Source: Octopus sinensis (lineage: Eukaryota). Taken from it: a stretch of 64,000 nucleotides of DNA. Both the position numbers and the translations under genes were made by a program. Below are positions 40,166 to 54,314 of this stretch, one piece after another (the first letter of the stretch is position 1; every line of letters begins with the position of its first letter). Location of the stretch: positions 39,928,001 to 39,992,000 of the forward strand of contig NC_043009.1 in NCBI RefSeq assembly GCF_006345805.1. Direction: 5' to 3'. The notes below the pieces were generated by a model. That model saw only the letters and a list, made by a program, of their open reading frames with translations, was not told where the DNA came from and searched no databases.

Positions 40166-41118
40166 TTGGGGGAAATTTCGAAACTGGGTTCTCATTCTTA
40201 TTCATTGGGGAAATTAACAACAAAGATGAGGACAAATATCCGTCGAATGTAAATAATGTACATAATTCCTCATCTCTTAAATATAGAACTGTATTAAGTT
40301 TGTATGTTTCTATGTTTATATGCATGAATGTTTTTATGCGTGTTTGTCCGTATGTATACATGTTTTTGTATATGTGTTTATGTGTACATTTTTAAATGTA
40401 TGCATGCATCTCTATAGCTACGTATGTATGTATTTAGGTTTAATTTAATGTAAGAAAGGTTGTTTACTAACCTGGTTCCAAGACTATTTCATTCTTATTT
40501 CTCAACATCAGGATAGTTCTGCATGTATGTGTGTATCTGTACAAGTATTTGTAGTCAGTGACTGTGCAGATCTACGTTTCGTTTTATACATGTACACCTA
40601 TACATATAGATGCAAGTCTAGACATGCGCATGTGTATTTATAAGCTATACTTTCGGTAAGTTTTACATATCTTGACAGTTCCATTGACTGCATATATCTG
40701 TAGTCATCCAATTAGTTTTCTCCTTTCTAGTTTTGAGAAGTCTAATTTCGTAAGCTTAGTGCTGAGGCAGTTTGTTATAACCTACATCCATCGACAATGT
40801 ATGAATGTATACATGCATAGCTGCCTATATCTATGTATACGTCTTCGTATGTATACATGTATGAGGGTATGTATTTATGTATTTATGGTTGTCGTTATCT
40901 TTGATTCATATCGGTGAAAAGTATCAGCATCGCCGAAAAAGACAAACAAACAAAAACCCATGCTTTTTTAAATGGAGATAGTTTTTTCTGATAAAAATTC
41001 CACACTAAGTTAAATGTATCCTCTTATCTCAGTCACAGACACAAATGCAGTGAGCGAGTAATTGTCGCATTGCAGACCTTCAAGCAACAGCACTGTACTC
41101 CATCACTTGAAATATATA

Positions 41119-41188
<70 letters not shown>

Positions 41189-41534
41189 GTATATCTATAT
41201 ATATGCATATATTTATGCATACATATATATATATAATTAAACATATATATATATAGATATATATATATAATATATATATACATACACACACGTACATACG
41301 TGTGTGTACGGGTGTGTGTGTGTGTGTGTTTTGTGTGTGCGTTTGTGCTTTTATAGTATCGCTCTTTATGCCCCCACGCATTGCCTGTCAGCGGGTGTTC
41401 GTTTGCTTGTGTCTCCTTAGCTTGGAGTTTCGGAAAAAGATGCGGAAATTTAAGTACCAGATTTAAGAATATGTACTAAGTCCGTTGTGTCCACCACAAG
41501 ATTTCAAAGCTTTGCCCCAGCACAGTCACAGTCT

Positions 41535-41760
41535 TATAACTAAAGTTGTGGTTTCGATTCCCGGGCCGGGCGATGCGTTGTATTCTTGAGCAAATCACTT
41601 CATTTTACGTTGCTCCACTCCACTCAGCTGGTAAAAATGAGTAATCCTGCGACGAACTGGCGTCCCGTCCAGGTGGGGGAATTTCTACGCCACTGAAACC
41701 GGGAAACTGGTCCTTATGAACCTGGCATGGCTCAAGAAGGAACATTTGTTTTATTTATTG
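41535..41760 (+). mobile_element. SINE family S3, 5' truncated
   Basis: GGTTTCGATTCCCGG..TTGAGCAAATCACTTCATTTTACGTTGCTCCACTCCACTCAGCTGG. Confidence 0.8.
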
Positions 41761-41799
41761 AATTAAATATTTATTTATTCATGCATTTTATTTACGTTT

Positions 41800-42155
41800 A
41801 TCTATCTATCCGCTCAGTCGAAGTCGACTCTTGGTTACTCGATGAATCAGCGTTCTCCGGCAAGTTCTATCCTGGGTCGCTTCTTTCAGATTGGCTATGG
41901 CCATTCCCGTGTCACTCTTGATGATGTCAAGCCAGCGGGTTCTTGGTCGGTCTCTTCCTCTCTTGTCATTGACCATTCCGAGCATGATGACCTTCTCCAG
42001 GGATTTTCTCCGCATAATATGACCAAAATATGCCAATATGCTTGGTGATCCTAGCTTCTAGCGGTTGTTTCGGCTTGATCTGGTTAAGAACTCTATTGGT
42101 GAGCCTCGCTGTCCATGGAATCCGCAAAAGTCTTCTCAAACACCAAATAATTGGT
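41800..42155 (-). mobile_element. RTE (BovB-like) LINE 3' end
   Basis: WCLRRLLRIPWTAR, YFGHIMRRKSLEKVIMLG..RGRDRPRTRWLD..VTKSRLRL followed by a (GATA)n tail. Confidence 0.9.
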
Positions 42156-42239
42156 GGCAATGTGTAAATCAATTGTCAATGGATTCTAAGAACGTAATAC
42201 AGTTATTAAGGTTTCTTGTCTTAACAATCATGTGTAGCA

Positions 42240-42790
42240 CCACATTTAGTCGAGCAAATCGACCCCAGGACTTATTCTTTGTAAGCCTAGTACTTATTAT
42301 ATCGCTCTTTTGCCCCGAACCGCTAAGTTACGGGGACGTAAACATACCAACATCGGTTGTCAAGCGATGTTGGGGGGACCAACACAGACACACAAAAATA
42401 TGCACACACACACATACATACATACATACATACATACAGACATACATACATACATAGATACATACATACATGTATATATATGTATGTACGCGGTGGGACT
42501 GAACCCGGAACCATGTGGTTCGTAAGCAACTTACCTATTTCTTTACTACCCACAAGGGGCTAAACACAGAGGGGACAGACAAACGGATTAAGTCGATTAT
42601 ATCGACTCTAGTGCGTAACTGGTACTTATTTAATCGACCCCGAAAGGATGAAAGGCAAAGTCGACCTCGGCGGAATTTGAACTCAGAACGTAGCGACAGA
42701 CGAAATACTACTAAGCATTTCGCCCGGCGTGCTAACGATTCTGCCAGCTCGCCACCTTAAGCAAGCTACTTACCGCACACCCACTCCTAC
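42240..42790 (-). mobile_element. SINE S1 with a SINE S2 nested in its head (42535-42760)
   Basis: S1 head sequence resumes at AGCAAGCTACTTACCGCACACCCACTCC after a full S2 copy. Confidence 0.8.
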
Positions 42791-43638
42791 GTCTGTCGCA
42801 GTTTTTTAAAACAGTTTCTTCAGTAGTTCCAGTAATACTCAAAGTATTTTGAAAAACATTCGTTAAGTAATGTACACATATTCAGTAAAAGGATCTCTCT
42901 CTGTCTATATATATTTGTGTGTATGTATATATAAACATATATATAGGGAGAGAAAGAGAGGGAGAGAGGGAGATAAGGAAAGGTATGTTTTTCGAACCGA
43001 TATTAAATAGCCGTAGTCTTTTGAAGCCCGATCTATTGTTGTACATGCTCCCTACACTAGACAAGATGGATGGGAACTTTGGAACAGTGTAGTGGCATCC
43101 TGTTCGTAAGCTGCCTTAAGTCTCTGTACCAGATTTTGGTGCCAACCATTCTAGGATATTCTATATGTAAATTACGGCATATCTCTCCCGTCTTTGCTCT
43201 CCCGAAAGCTCATTTGTTTCATTAAGGCAATCTTGTTGGCTTAAGACCACTAAGCTGCATTGAATTCTACTATTGAATTGACAGATAACTATAATTGAGA
43301 AAATTGTAGTCCAGACAGATGAGCACAAAGTTCCCCATAGGCCCAGTATTGCTTTCTGGTTCCTTGTTATGAAAGTTCTCAGAATCCATCAACAATTGGT
43401 TTACACATTGCCACTAATTTGGTAATATGTACATGAGAAGTAGAAGGTAGCCGACTCGTGTTTTCTTTCTGAGTTCAAATTCTGTAGACGTTGACTTTGC
43501 CTTTTATCCTTTCGGGGTCGATAATATAAATGCCATTTGAGCATTGGGGTCGTTGTAATCGACTTAACCCCTCCTCCGAAAATTTTGCTTTGTGCCATAA
43601 CCCGAAACCCAATATATACGTGAAAAGTGTGTGGGTGT

Positions 43639-43700
<62 letters not shown>

Positions 43701-43704
<4 letters not shown>

Positions 43705-43900
43705 ATCCAAACAAGAAAGCACAAAAACACAACAACGTGAGGACGTGGAACAAATATAGTATTATTGGACGCTCAGGAAAGAAGGAAAGAAAGATGGCGT
43801 AACGTTTCGAGCGGAGCTCTTCGTCGGAAACATAGGAGAAGGAAAGATCCAGAGAAGGGAAGACAGAGGGAAAAAAGTTGCAATCGGTACACACGAGGTC
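43701..43900 (-). mobile_element. (TA)n-embedded repeat with a hammerhead-like motif
   Basis: Flanked by (TA)n; motif at 43797-43831 on the minus strand; second copy at 9241. Confidence 0.75.
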
Positions 43901-44706
43901 ACAATATATATATATATATATATTTAAAAATACACGTATATACACACATACACGCACGTTTATATAAGAGACATAGTGGAATAAAAAGAGTGATACATAC
44001 ACGCGCATATACATATACAGACCCAAAGACGCGTAGATAAACAGTTTAGCAAAATCACACACATTTATATATATATATGAGACCACACAAAACTAACAAA
44101 TATGTACAGAAATATTCAGTTTACAAACCTTATATACACATGACAAAGCAAAAGTAGAATTAAAAGAAGGAAGTGACAGCAAACGGTGAGTGTCTACATG
44201 CATCATAACAGTGTTCATTCACCCCTAAAACTTTCACACGCAGGCGTCATTCACACATGACCTAAATGTTTCAAGCCAGACATGCCTCTCTGGTCAATAG
44301 GAACAGTGGCTTTGAATGGAAACGTGATAGTACCGCCTCTTCCTACAGCACAATGACGTAGGTACAAAGTATCAAAGATAAAGACTTCACACGCTCCAAG
44401 TATGAACAATTGAACAATAGAGGAATAAATAATCCCTCTCAGGCATTGTAAATACCATTTCAAATCCAATCGTTCACAATATGTATGTGTGTGTATGTGT
44501 GTGTGTGTGAACATACATACATAAGACACACACATCACACTCGCAGACATACACTACGCACAAATATACACACTATACACTCACAAAGATACATGCATAT
44601 TTGCATAAGTTTCAATTTAACAATCGCTTGGCATACATACGTATACTTACATATACATATATAGATAGACAGACAGATAGATAGATAGATAGATATATAT
44701 ATATAT

Positions 44707-44779
<73 letters not shown>

Positions 44780-45140
44780 TTACGGACAGAAACACATATA
44801 CATATGTGTATGGATTTGGCAGTTGGAAGCTTTAAAACTGTTGTATACATACGTACATACATTACGGCCAACGGTCACTTTCACTAATACAGTCAACAAT
44901 TCTAGTCAACGCACAAGACAGCTATTATGCTCCCACACACAAAACACCACCACGTGGACTCTGTTGAGACCAGTAAGAAACAATTATGAACATTTTTATT
45001 ACACTTAACTTTTAAAATATTTTTGATAAGGTTCGTTTTTTCAAGAAAAATTTAAATTTATCTTATATAGTGGCGTTTTCAAATTTGTTTTTTATAAATA
45101 TAAACACACTCGTATGCCACCTACACTTTATATATACATA

Positions 45141-45640
45141 TGTAATATGTTACAATTATTCGGTAGCCAACATAAAACTCCGAGTTTCCGATGCCGAGGT
45201 GGAAATCCACGCCACCGTCTCTTCAGTTATCCGGCCATCGGAAAAAAAACGCTATGAAAAATGACCGTTATACAAAGGGAAATTACTGTGTTATTGACCG
45301 CTATTAAGACAAAAGATCTATTCGAATGACCGCTAAGTAAGGTAAGGGGGTAAAAAGTTCATAGTATTCGCGTAAGCGCGCCTGTTCATACCTATACATG
45401 TGCGCCCGCACACCCACATGTGTACGCATACATTCATCCACCCTTACTTAGCGGTCATTCGAATAGCTCTTTTGTCTTAATAGCGGTCAATAACACAGTG
45501 ATTTCCCTTTGTATAACGGTTATTTTTCATAGCATTTTTCCGATGGCCGGATAACAAAAGAGATGGTGGCGTGGATTACCACCTCGGCATCTGAAACTCG
45601 GAGTTTTATCTTGGCTACCGAATAATTGTCACATATTACA
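45141..45640. repeat. 500-bp foldback element with ~200-bp inverted arms
   Basis: 45141-45342 is the reverse complement of 45442-45640 with scattered mismatches; ~99-bp spacer. Confidence 0.95.
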
Positions 45641-45714
45641 TTTACAGATAAATTCCTCTATTTACATAATATCGAGGTCCCTTTCTTTCTTCTGTTGTCT
45701 TACGATTTTTATCA

Positions 45715-45754
<40 letters not shown>

Positions 45755-46986
45755 AATAATTATAACGATAGAGGATATATTTTCTTTAACTTTACGAAGT
45801 CATACATCGTTATTTTTTATGGTGACGGCAACGTACATGTGTTTCCACTGCAGTGAGTATGAGTAGTTGCATTTGCAACCCGGCGTAATTTTGCGTGCAA
45901 CGGAAACACGTGTAGGTCGTAATAACCATAAAATTAAGCTGAATGTCATTGTGAAATAAAAGGAAATTAATTTTGAGGATGTACCAGTCCCCATGTACCA
46001 GATAATATTACCCTCTAGCGAAGTGAACATGGAATTACCCATCGGAGGAATTTACAGCGTGAGTGACAACTCATAGTAGTCATACATGATAAATATTAAT
46101 CAATGCGGTTGGCCGTAACCTGGAACATAATTGAGAGATACCACAGTATCTACCCGAATAATATATCCCTCTAAACTCACATTGATTATACACACGCGCG
46201 CGCACAAACAAACACACACACACACACACCACACACACTCATATATATATAAATATTCATATATGTGTATGTGTGTGTTCATGTGTGTGCGCGCGCGCGT
46301 GACTGCACCCCCACTCGCTTGACTACCGGTGATTGTTTGTCCACGTCTCACGACTTAGTGATTCATTAAGAGATGGACCGATGACATGAGTACCAGGCTT
46401 TAAAAAAGTAAGTACTGCGGTCGATATATTCCAGTAAAAATTCTTCAAGGCTGTGCCTCAACTTCGCCGCAGTGTGATGTCTGAATACGCGTAAGAGATA
46501 AAAGATACACACTCACACACTTACACACACACCACACACACACATGCATAGGCATGTGTTTCTTTCTATCTACCGCGCTTACGTTGGTGTCTATATATAT
46601 TATGTGTGTGTATGTACATATGGTTCAAAGTTGTACAAAAAAGAGAAAACATGACAGATGCAGGAGAGAGAACAATGAAAGAAGGTGCTTTAGTTTGAAT
46701 CTGAAGAAAAATGGAACACTCTCTGACGCTTCGGGACTATCAGGACGCCATGATAGATCGTTAGCTCCTACACGCATTCTTCTCTCTCCTTGTTTCTCTC
46801 CTTGTTCTTTTCTGTGTATCTTTCTGTCGTAAAAGACTTTTTCTATTTCTATTCCTGAGCACTATACTAATACATTTATTTGTTTGTACTCCACCTGCCT
46901 TCGTCTTTTGTTTATTTTCGTAAACTTTCCCTTATATATATATATAGATATATAGATAATATATATATATATAGATAGATAGATAG

Positions 46987-47021
<35 letters not shown>

Positions 47022-47035
47022 ATTATATATATATC

Positions 47036-47066
<31 letters not shown>

Positions 47067-48894
47067 TATATATATTATATATATATATATATATTACAAT
47101 ACAATGGTATTATTTTCCATCGAAAATATAGACACACACTCACACACATACACGCACGCTCTCACAGTCACACTCACACACATATAAGTTTTACCTATTT
47201 TTCTTTTTGCCTGTTTTATATCTTGATTTAATGGCATCTGGCGTAGTCTTTGAAGTTATGTTCTACAGCATCATAGGAAGTTATTGTTTATAGAGATGTA
47301 TCCAGGTGTCATGGAGAAATTTGTCTATGTTCCCTTTGAATTTTATGTTTGTTCGTCTTCATTGAAACCTACTTACTTGACGGAACGCATGCATAAATGC
47401 TGCAGCCGAAGGCATCGACCACTTACTTAAAACCTCACACATTCTGTAGTAATGAATATATTATATTATAAGTAGGAAACCCATTTCTGTTTGAAGACGA
47501 CAATAAAATTATCTGCAGCCAGACAATGTTACATTCACGAACAGTTTCTAGACAGTTAAACCTATTATTTTATGAAATTTAGATTATTCCTTAAATCTCA
47601 AACGAAATATTTTATCAGATTTCCATCACTTGAAGAAAAACGTAATTGCTTTAACAAGTAAATTACAAGTGCATTAGCAAAAGCAGAAACAAAAATAAAT
47701 AGATGTTTCGAAGATTTTATAATTAGGTGATTATATATAGGTTTTAAATGGCTGTGTGGTAAGTAGCTTGATTACCTACCACGTGGTTCCGGGTTCACTC
47801 TCACTGCGTGGCACCTTGGGCAAGTGTCTTCTACTATAGCCTCGGGCCGACCAAAGACTTGTGAGTGGATTTGGTAGACGGAATCTGAAAGAAGCCCGTC
47901 GTATATATGTATATATATAGGACGCCATGATAGATCGTTAGCTACTACACGCATTTTTTCTCTCCTTGTTTCTCTCCTTCTAGACGTACTGCAGCCAATG
48001 ACTGAAATAGGTAAAAGAAAAATTCAGCATGAATTATGTTCCAGGTGACCACTCAGAGTGTCAGGTGTTGCTATGTATCGCTGGTCACAATGCGCTTTTG
48101 CATTGTTTTAGCTATCAAATGACTTCATCCAGTTGGCTAGGTGAGCAGACGAACATTCCCCCTGATCGAAAAGGAGACTGGATCAAAGTGAAATGAAGTG
48201 TTTTGCTCAGGAGCAGAACGCATCGCCCAGTCAGGGAATCGAAACTACGATCTAGGGATCTTGAATGCAAGAGCCTAACCATTAGGCCACGCGCCTTCAC
48301 ATATTCTACTTACATATATATCTATGAGTTCATGAGTTTTAACGCGCAATAAGTTGAGATATACGTTGAAATTGTGTAATATTATTCAATGCCCTCAAAT
48401 TATTGTTCACACTCACAATATCTATTTAAAACTACGCAATCTGCGCCTGCAAACGGTAACACTATTGATCAAGTCCATAGTGAATGATCGACCCAACACG
48501 ATCGCCGACCGACTGGAACTTCAAGAAATAGGAGTAGCATTTAGATCATTTAACAAATATATTAATTGCTACAATTCGATTTTGTTTCATAGACTAGGAA
48601 CACTATGCTGTCCGTACATTTATCTGTAAATTAATCCAGCAAAGAGTGATATAATTGTCAATAAGTTTTGATAAGCAAACATAACTGGGTGTTTCTAATG
48701 TCCGCAATTTGTATAAACTATAGGCATTGAAGATTTAATTAGCAAATGTATATTCTAGTATCATGGTTTATATTCAGACATTTCCCTTCACACTTTGTAC
48801 CGCTTTCAGAAGGACGCACTTGCTTTTTAGGAGTGATGCATGCGATGTTAACAGCGCTGGTTTTATTTTCTATTCATATAAGTTCACAGGTACA

Positions 48895-49335
48895 AGCGAG
48901 GTTGTGTAGTAAAAAGCTTCCTTCCTCACCACATGGTTCTGGGTTCAGTCCCATAGCATTGAGCATTGGGCAAGTGTCTTCTACTATGGCCTCGAGCCGA
49001 CCAAAGCCTTGTGAGTGGATTTGGTAAACGGAAGCTGAAAGACGCCCATCGCAATATATATATATGTGTATGTGTTGTGTGTGTGTGTGTGTGTGTGTAC
49101 TTGTGTGTGTGTGTGTGCGTGTACGTGTGCGTGCGTGTATCTGTGTGTCTGTATTTGCAGTCCCCACACCAGTTGACAAAACGGTGCTGATGTGTTGTCG
49201 CCCCCCCGTCTCTTAGCGGTCCGGCAAAACAGACCGATAGAATACGTACCAGGGTCGATATATTCGACTAAAATCTTTTTAAGCCGGTGCCCCAGCATGG
49301 TCGCAGTCTAAGGCCTGTAACAATTAAAAGATAAA
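48895..49335 (+). mobile_element. SINE family S1, diverged
   Basis: Head, GGATTTGGTAAACGGAAGCTGAAAGA, internal (TG)n and tail are all present. Confidence 0.8.
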
Positions 49336-49663
49336 ATATGAAAGATATGTCTGCTCGTTGTTCGTTTTCTTTTATTCTTTGCTATTTTTCTAATATCACT
49401 TACGTCATCGTTTTGCTCCTTGGTGACGATGGAGAGGTTGCTAGGCAATATTTAGTCTATTCCTTCTTGTAATCAAAAATTAAGTAACACTACAAAGCTA
49501 AATACTAATAACTCAGTAATAATATTGGTCCAGTCAATTAGCCTACTCTTCAGCAAAATTAATTGTTCCCGGTCAGTCAGTATATTTTTGGTATATCTTC
49601 ATATTATATGTGTATATTAGACCAGGGGACTAATGTACATATTGTATATATTGTATATTAGAC

Positions 49664-50007
49664 CAGGCGTTCTCAACCATATTTTATCTATGAACCCCTT
49701 TGATTACGATTTTATTCTTGTAGACCCCCCATAGCCATTAGATATTTAAGAACTAGTTTCATAGAAACTTCTTTCAAAATTCTTATTTTGTTTTTCTCGC
49801 ATTATCTTGTTTAGGTTGAACGATGTAAAATGTTACAGAAAGAAATCTGTTTGTTGCCATATATTCCTATATACGCATTTAAAGTTAAAGTTTTTCGGGG
49901 CCCTTAAAATACTGTTGTGGTTCGCCAACTTACAATTTTGCTGTGTGGACCTCCAAAAATCATGTGGACCTTCAGGGGCTATTTTGGACCACGTTTGAGA
50001 ATCAATG
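49664..50007. mobile_element. hAT-type MITE
   Basis: Ends CAGGCGTTCTCAA / TTGAGAATCAATG; flanks TATTAGAC / ATTTAGAC (6/8 TSD). Confidence 0.7.
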
Positions 50008-50049
50008 ATTTAGACCTACGCCCCGCAACTTTTTTTCATTTACGGTACA

Positions 50050-50198
50050 CATATTTTTTTCAGAGTTCAGCGGCACATCTGAACTAAAAATATACCTAAA
50101 AGTATAGAGTAAAAATTATATTCAGATGATACTGTGGCACACCTAACATCGTCTCGTGGCACACCAGTCTGCCGCGGCACATCGGTTGTGAAGCACTG
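50050..50198 (+). mobile_element. hAT (Charlie-like) terminal fragment
   Basis: Repeated GGCACA subterminal motifs ending GCCGCGGCACATCGGTTGTGAAGCACTG. Confidence 0.55.
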
Positions 50199-51644
50199 GT
50201 TTAGACGATCACTTTGCGAGTGGAGAACCACGAGATGCCTCAAGTTTCGAAATCACTTACGCATCTCACTTGGGAAGTGGCTTCTCTGCTACCTTAACCT
50301 CAAAGAAACTAGTAAATTGTTAACCTATTGACCATAGTTGATGGCATAAGAGACGCACGAGTATAATAGATGCAGCCTAATTTCTGCAGTGCGTATTCAG
50401 AAAAAAGAAAATTTAAAACATTAAAGCGTCTAATATAGGCCCAGTAGGGTGATATTTTTGAGATATTTTTTGTATGCCATCAAATACAGTACGTTGTTCA
50501 TGTTGAAATCATTCTGGCGTCTACTTTGCATTTTAGCCTTTCGGTATCGATCAATAAATTACCAATCAGGAAACTGGAGTCGATTTAATCGACTAGATCC
50601 TTCTCACTAAAAACTACTGGCTTTGTTGTTAAACTAGGAACAATTATTATAGCCCTGTGTCACAGTTTTCAGTTAATTAAACACAGTCAGTTAATGAGTA
50701 TTGAAATTTTGTCTGATGATAGTTCTAAGAACGTGTTTTAGTTATTGAATTTGCGTGAAAAGACTTGCAGAGTTATGACCAATCTACGAGCGTTTTTGTA
50801 CTGTATTCATAATAACTACGCTAACTTTCAAAAATATGAATAAAAGTAACGAAATTTTTTCCTTAATTGCTGAGTCAAAGGGAACATGAGATCGCCCAGA
50901 ACCATTTTCAGAGTATTTTCAGAGTACATTGCTCAAACGCTTGCAAGAAAGTAGAATCTAAGAAAGACACACAAAAATAGAATATTATTAAACCGGGAGA
51001 TAGATTAAGCCTGCCCTATGTATAGTAACTTCGTTAAAAGTTATAATATTCATACTTCAGCACAGTTACAATTACGTTTTACTTTTCACTTGTTTCACTC
51101 ATTGGATTGCGGCCATGCTTATGCATTGCTTTGAAGGGTTTAACAAACTGGTCCTAATACATTTTATAGTTGAATAATTATTCTGTCTTCTTTTGGCAAA
51201 CTAGTTTCGGGAATGTAAACAAACCAGCAACTATTGTCAAGCATTATATGAGGAGGCAATAAACACACACACACGTGTGTATATATGTATATATATATAC
51301 GTTGTGTGGTGGTTATCTTTTTCTTGCGGCTCTAAGAGTTTTTAATTCGTATTTCTAGCAATATAGGTGCTACCAGGCACCCTCATTCACAATTAGTAAC
51401 AACTGAAATTTTTCGTTTTTAGTTGTTTTATATAGCGTGTAGCTGCCTTCGTTATTTCGTCAAGAAGACCCAAAAGGTATCGGGTAAACCTAAGTAAGTG
51501 CTAGGAATAGAACATGGTTATGCTCCAGGTTCGATAATGATACAAGTGAAGAGTCCAACGTGTGTCATGAATTAGCATGCATATATATAAAATGACAGAA
51601 TGAGATAAAAAAAATCCAAGGCTGTAAATAGTTTTCCGAATATT

Positions 51645-51761
51645 TATAAAGAAAAAGTCTTACAACTGTTTCCGGGATATTTCATATATCCCTTCTCCAG
51701 AGACAGTGCGATGAAGGGATGTATAAAATATCCTGGAAATAACTGTAAGACTTTCTTTATA
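51645..51761. repeat. Small hairpin/MITE
   Basis: ~50-bp imperfect inverted arms (51645-51695 / 51713-51761) with TA ends. Confidence 0.75.
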
Positions 51762-51809
51762 TATGTTCTGAAAACTATTACAGCCTTCGATTTATTTTAT
51801 CTCATTTTG

Positions 51810-51877
<68 letters not shown>

Positions 51878-53255
51878 CTTAATTGCGCATTAAGACTGAA
51901 CCGAAATTATGCAGTCACAAAGTGAGCTTCTTTACACACCCGTGCCTGCGCCTATATAACTCGAAAACTATCACTGTATATATTTGAGATATTGATATGT
52001 ATTACACATGTGACAATGGACTGAAAATATTAGAATCTAGTGATACTATAAGCCATATCTTCTCTTCCATGTCTCGCATTCGTCTTCATTGCATTCACAC
52101 TGTTTTCAGTTTAAGATCATCGTGAAGTCTCGTAAATATATTGCTCCGGATCTCGCAAGTGTGTTTGAAGGGTATTTGCACTTGGACAGATTCTAAAATA
52201 ACTTTGCTATTGTATAATGTTAATGTAATGGCTTGGTAGAATCGCGTGAACCACAGATAGACGACATTGTAATATTTATTCTTGTTCTGAGATAAAATCC
52301 TGTGAAGATCACTGTGGTTTTTCATGAGGCGGGTGTCGATAACATAAAATACCAGTCGATTAATTGGGGTCAGTGTAAACGTTTAATTTCTCCTCTCATA
52401 TCTGCTGACGATCTATGTAATTTAAAAACAATTTAAGAGTGTTATCTTATTGTTTCTTGGGGGTTTCGTTACCTTAATAATAATAACCACAGGTACTAGT
52501 GAGTATCAATTCTTTATTGTTAGTTAGTTGTTTAAATATCCTATCAACTAACTAACCTAGCGTTTGCTTCATTTGTTGCTTAAACAATCAGTTGATTTCT
52601 TGCTTGTCAACGTCCTTTCGTCCTTATTTGCGACCTTGTCAACGACATGCCCTCTTTCTTCAAAATATCTGTTTAACAAACGCATTAAATAAACGATCGA
52701 TTAGATAGTTCGTTGTATATTTAAGGGATATTGAATCATAAATTCTCGTCAAGGTTCTTTCAAACCGAATACAGAAAGAAAGGGGATTAGTGTCTGAAGA
52801 ATCATTACAAGTTCGAGAAAAATTCTCTGCTTACTTGTTCCGGCTTTTTATGTTCAAATCCCAGCAAATGCACATTTTTTTTCATCCTTACAGGTTTGGG
52901 CTTGAGAAATAAAACACCAGTCTATAACAGGGGTCAATGTAATTAACTGACCGTTCTTAAAATGATTTCAGGCCTTGTGTCTAAATCAGAAAATAAGTGT
53001 TATATAAAGCTGAGAATGGCGTCAGCTCAACGATTACATTCAGATCAAAATAGATTCAAAGCCAGGCTAGAAATGGTGTGTTATAATTAATTAACAAATT
53101 AATTAACTCCCAAGTTTTACACAATGCTACGATATTTTCCTCGAAGACTAATTGCCATTGCTGCAAACTTAGATAATCTACTATTGACGTTAACAGATAT
53201 GTCGACAATCACACCTGAAGAACACATCGGATTGTAATTAAACAAATACGTGTGG

Positions 53256-54314
<1,059 letters not shown>

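Noticed and set aside
45880-45925. GAAAC-ACGU-GUA palindromic stem III
   Set aside because: No CUGANGA upstream.
53209-53255. CACAC-CUGAAGA...UAAAC...GUGUG
   Set aside because: G12 is absent and stems II and III are poorly formed.
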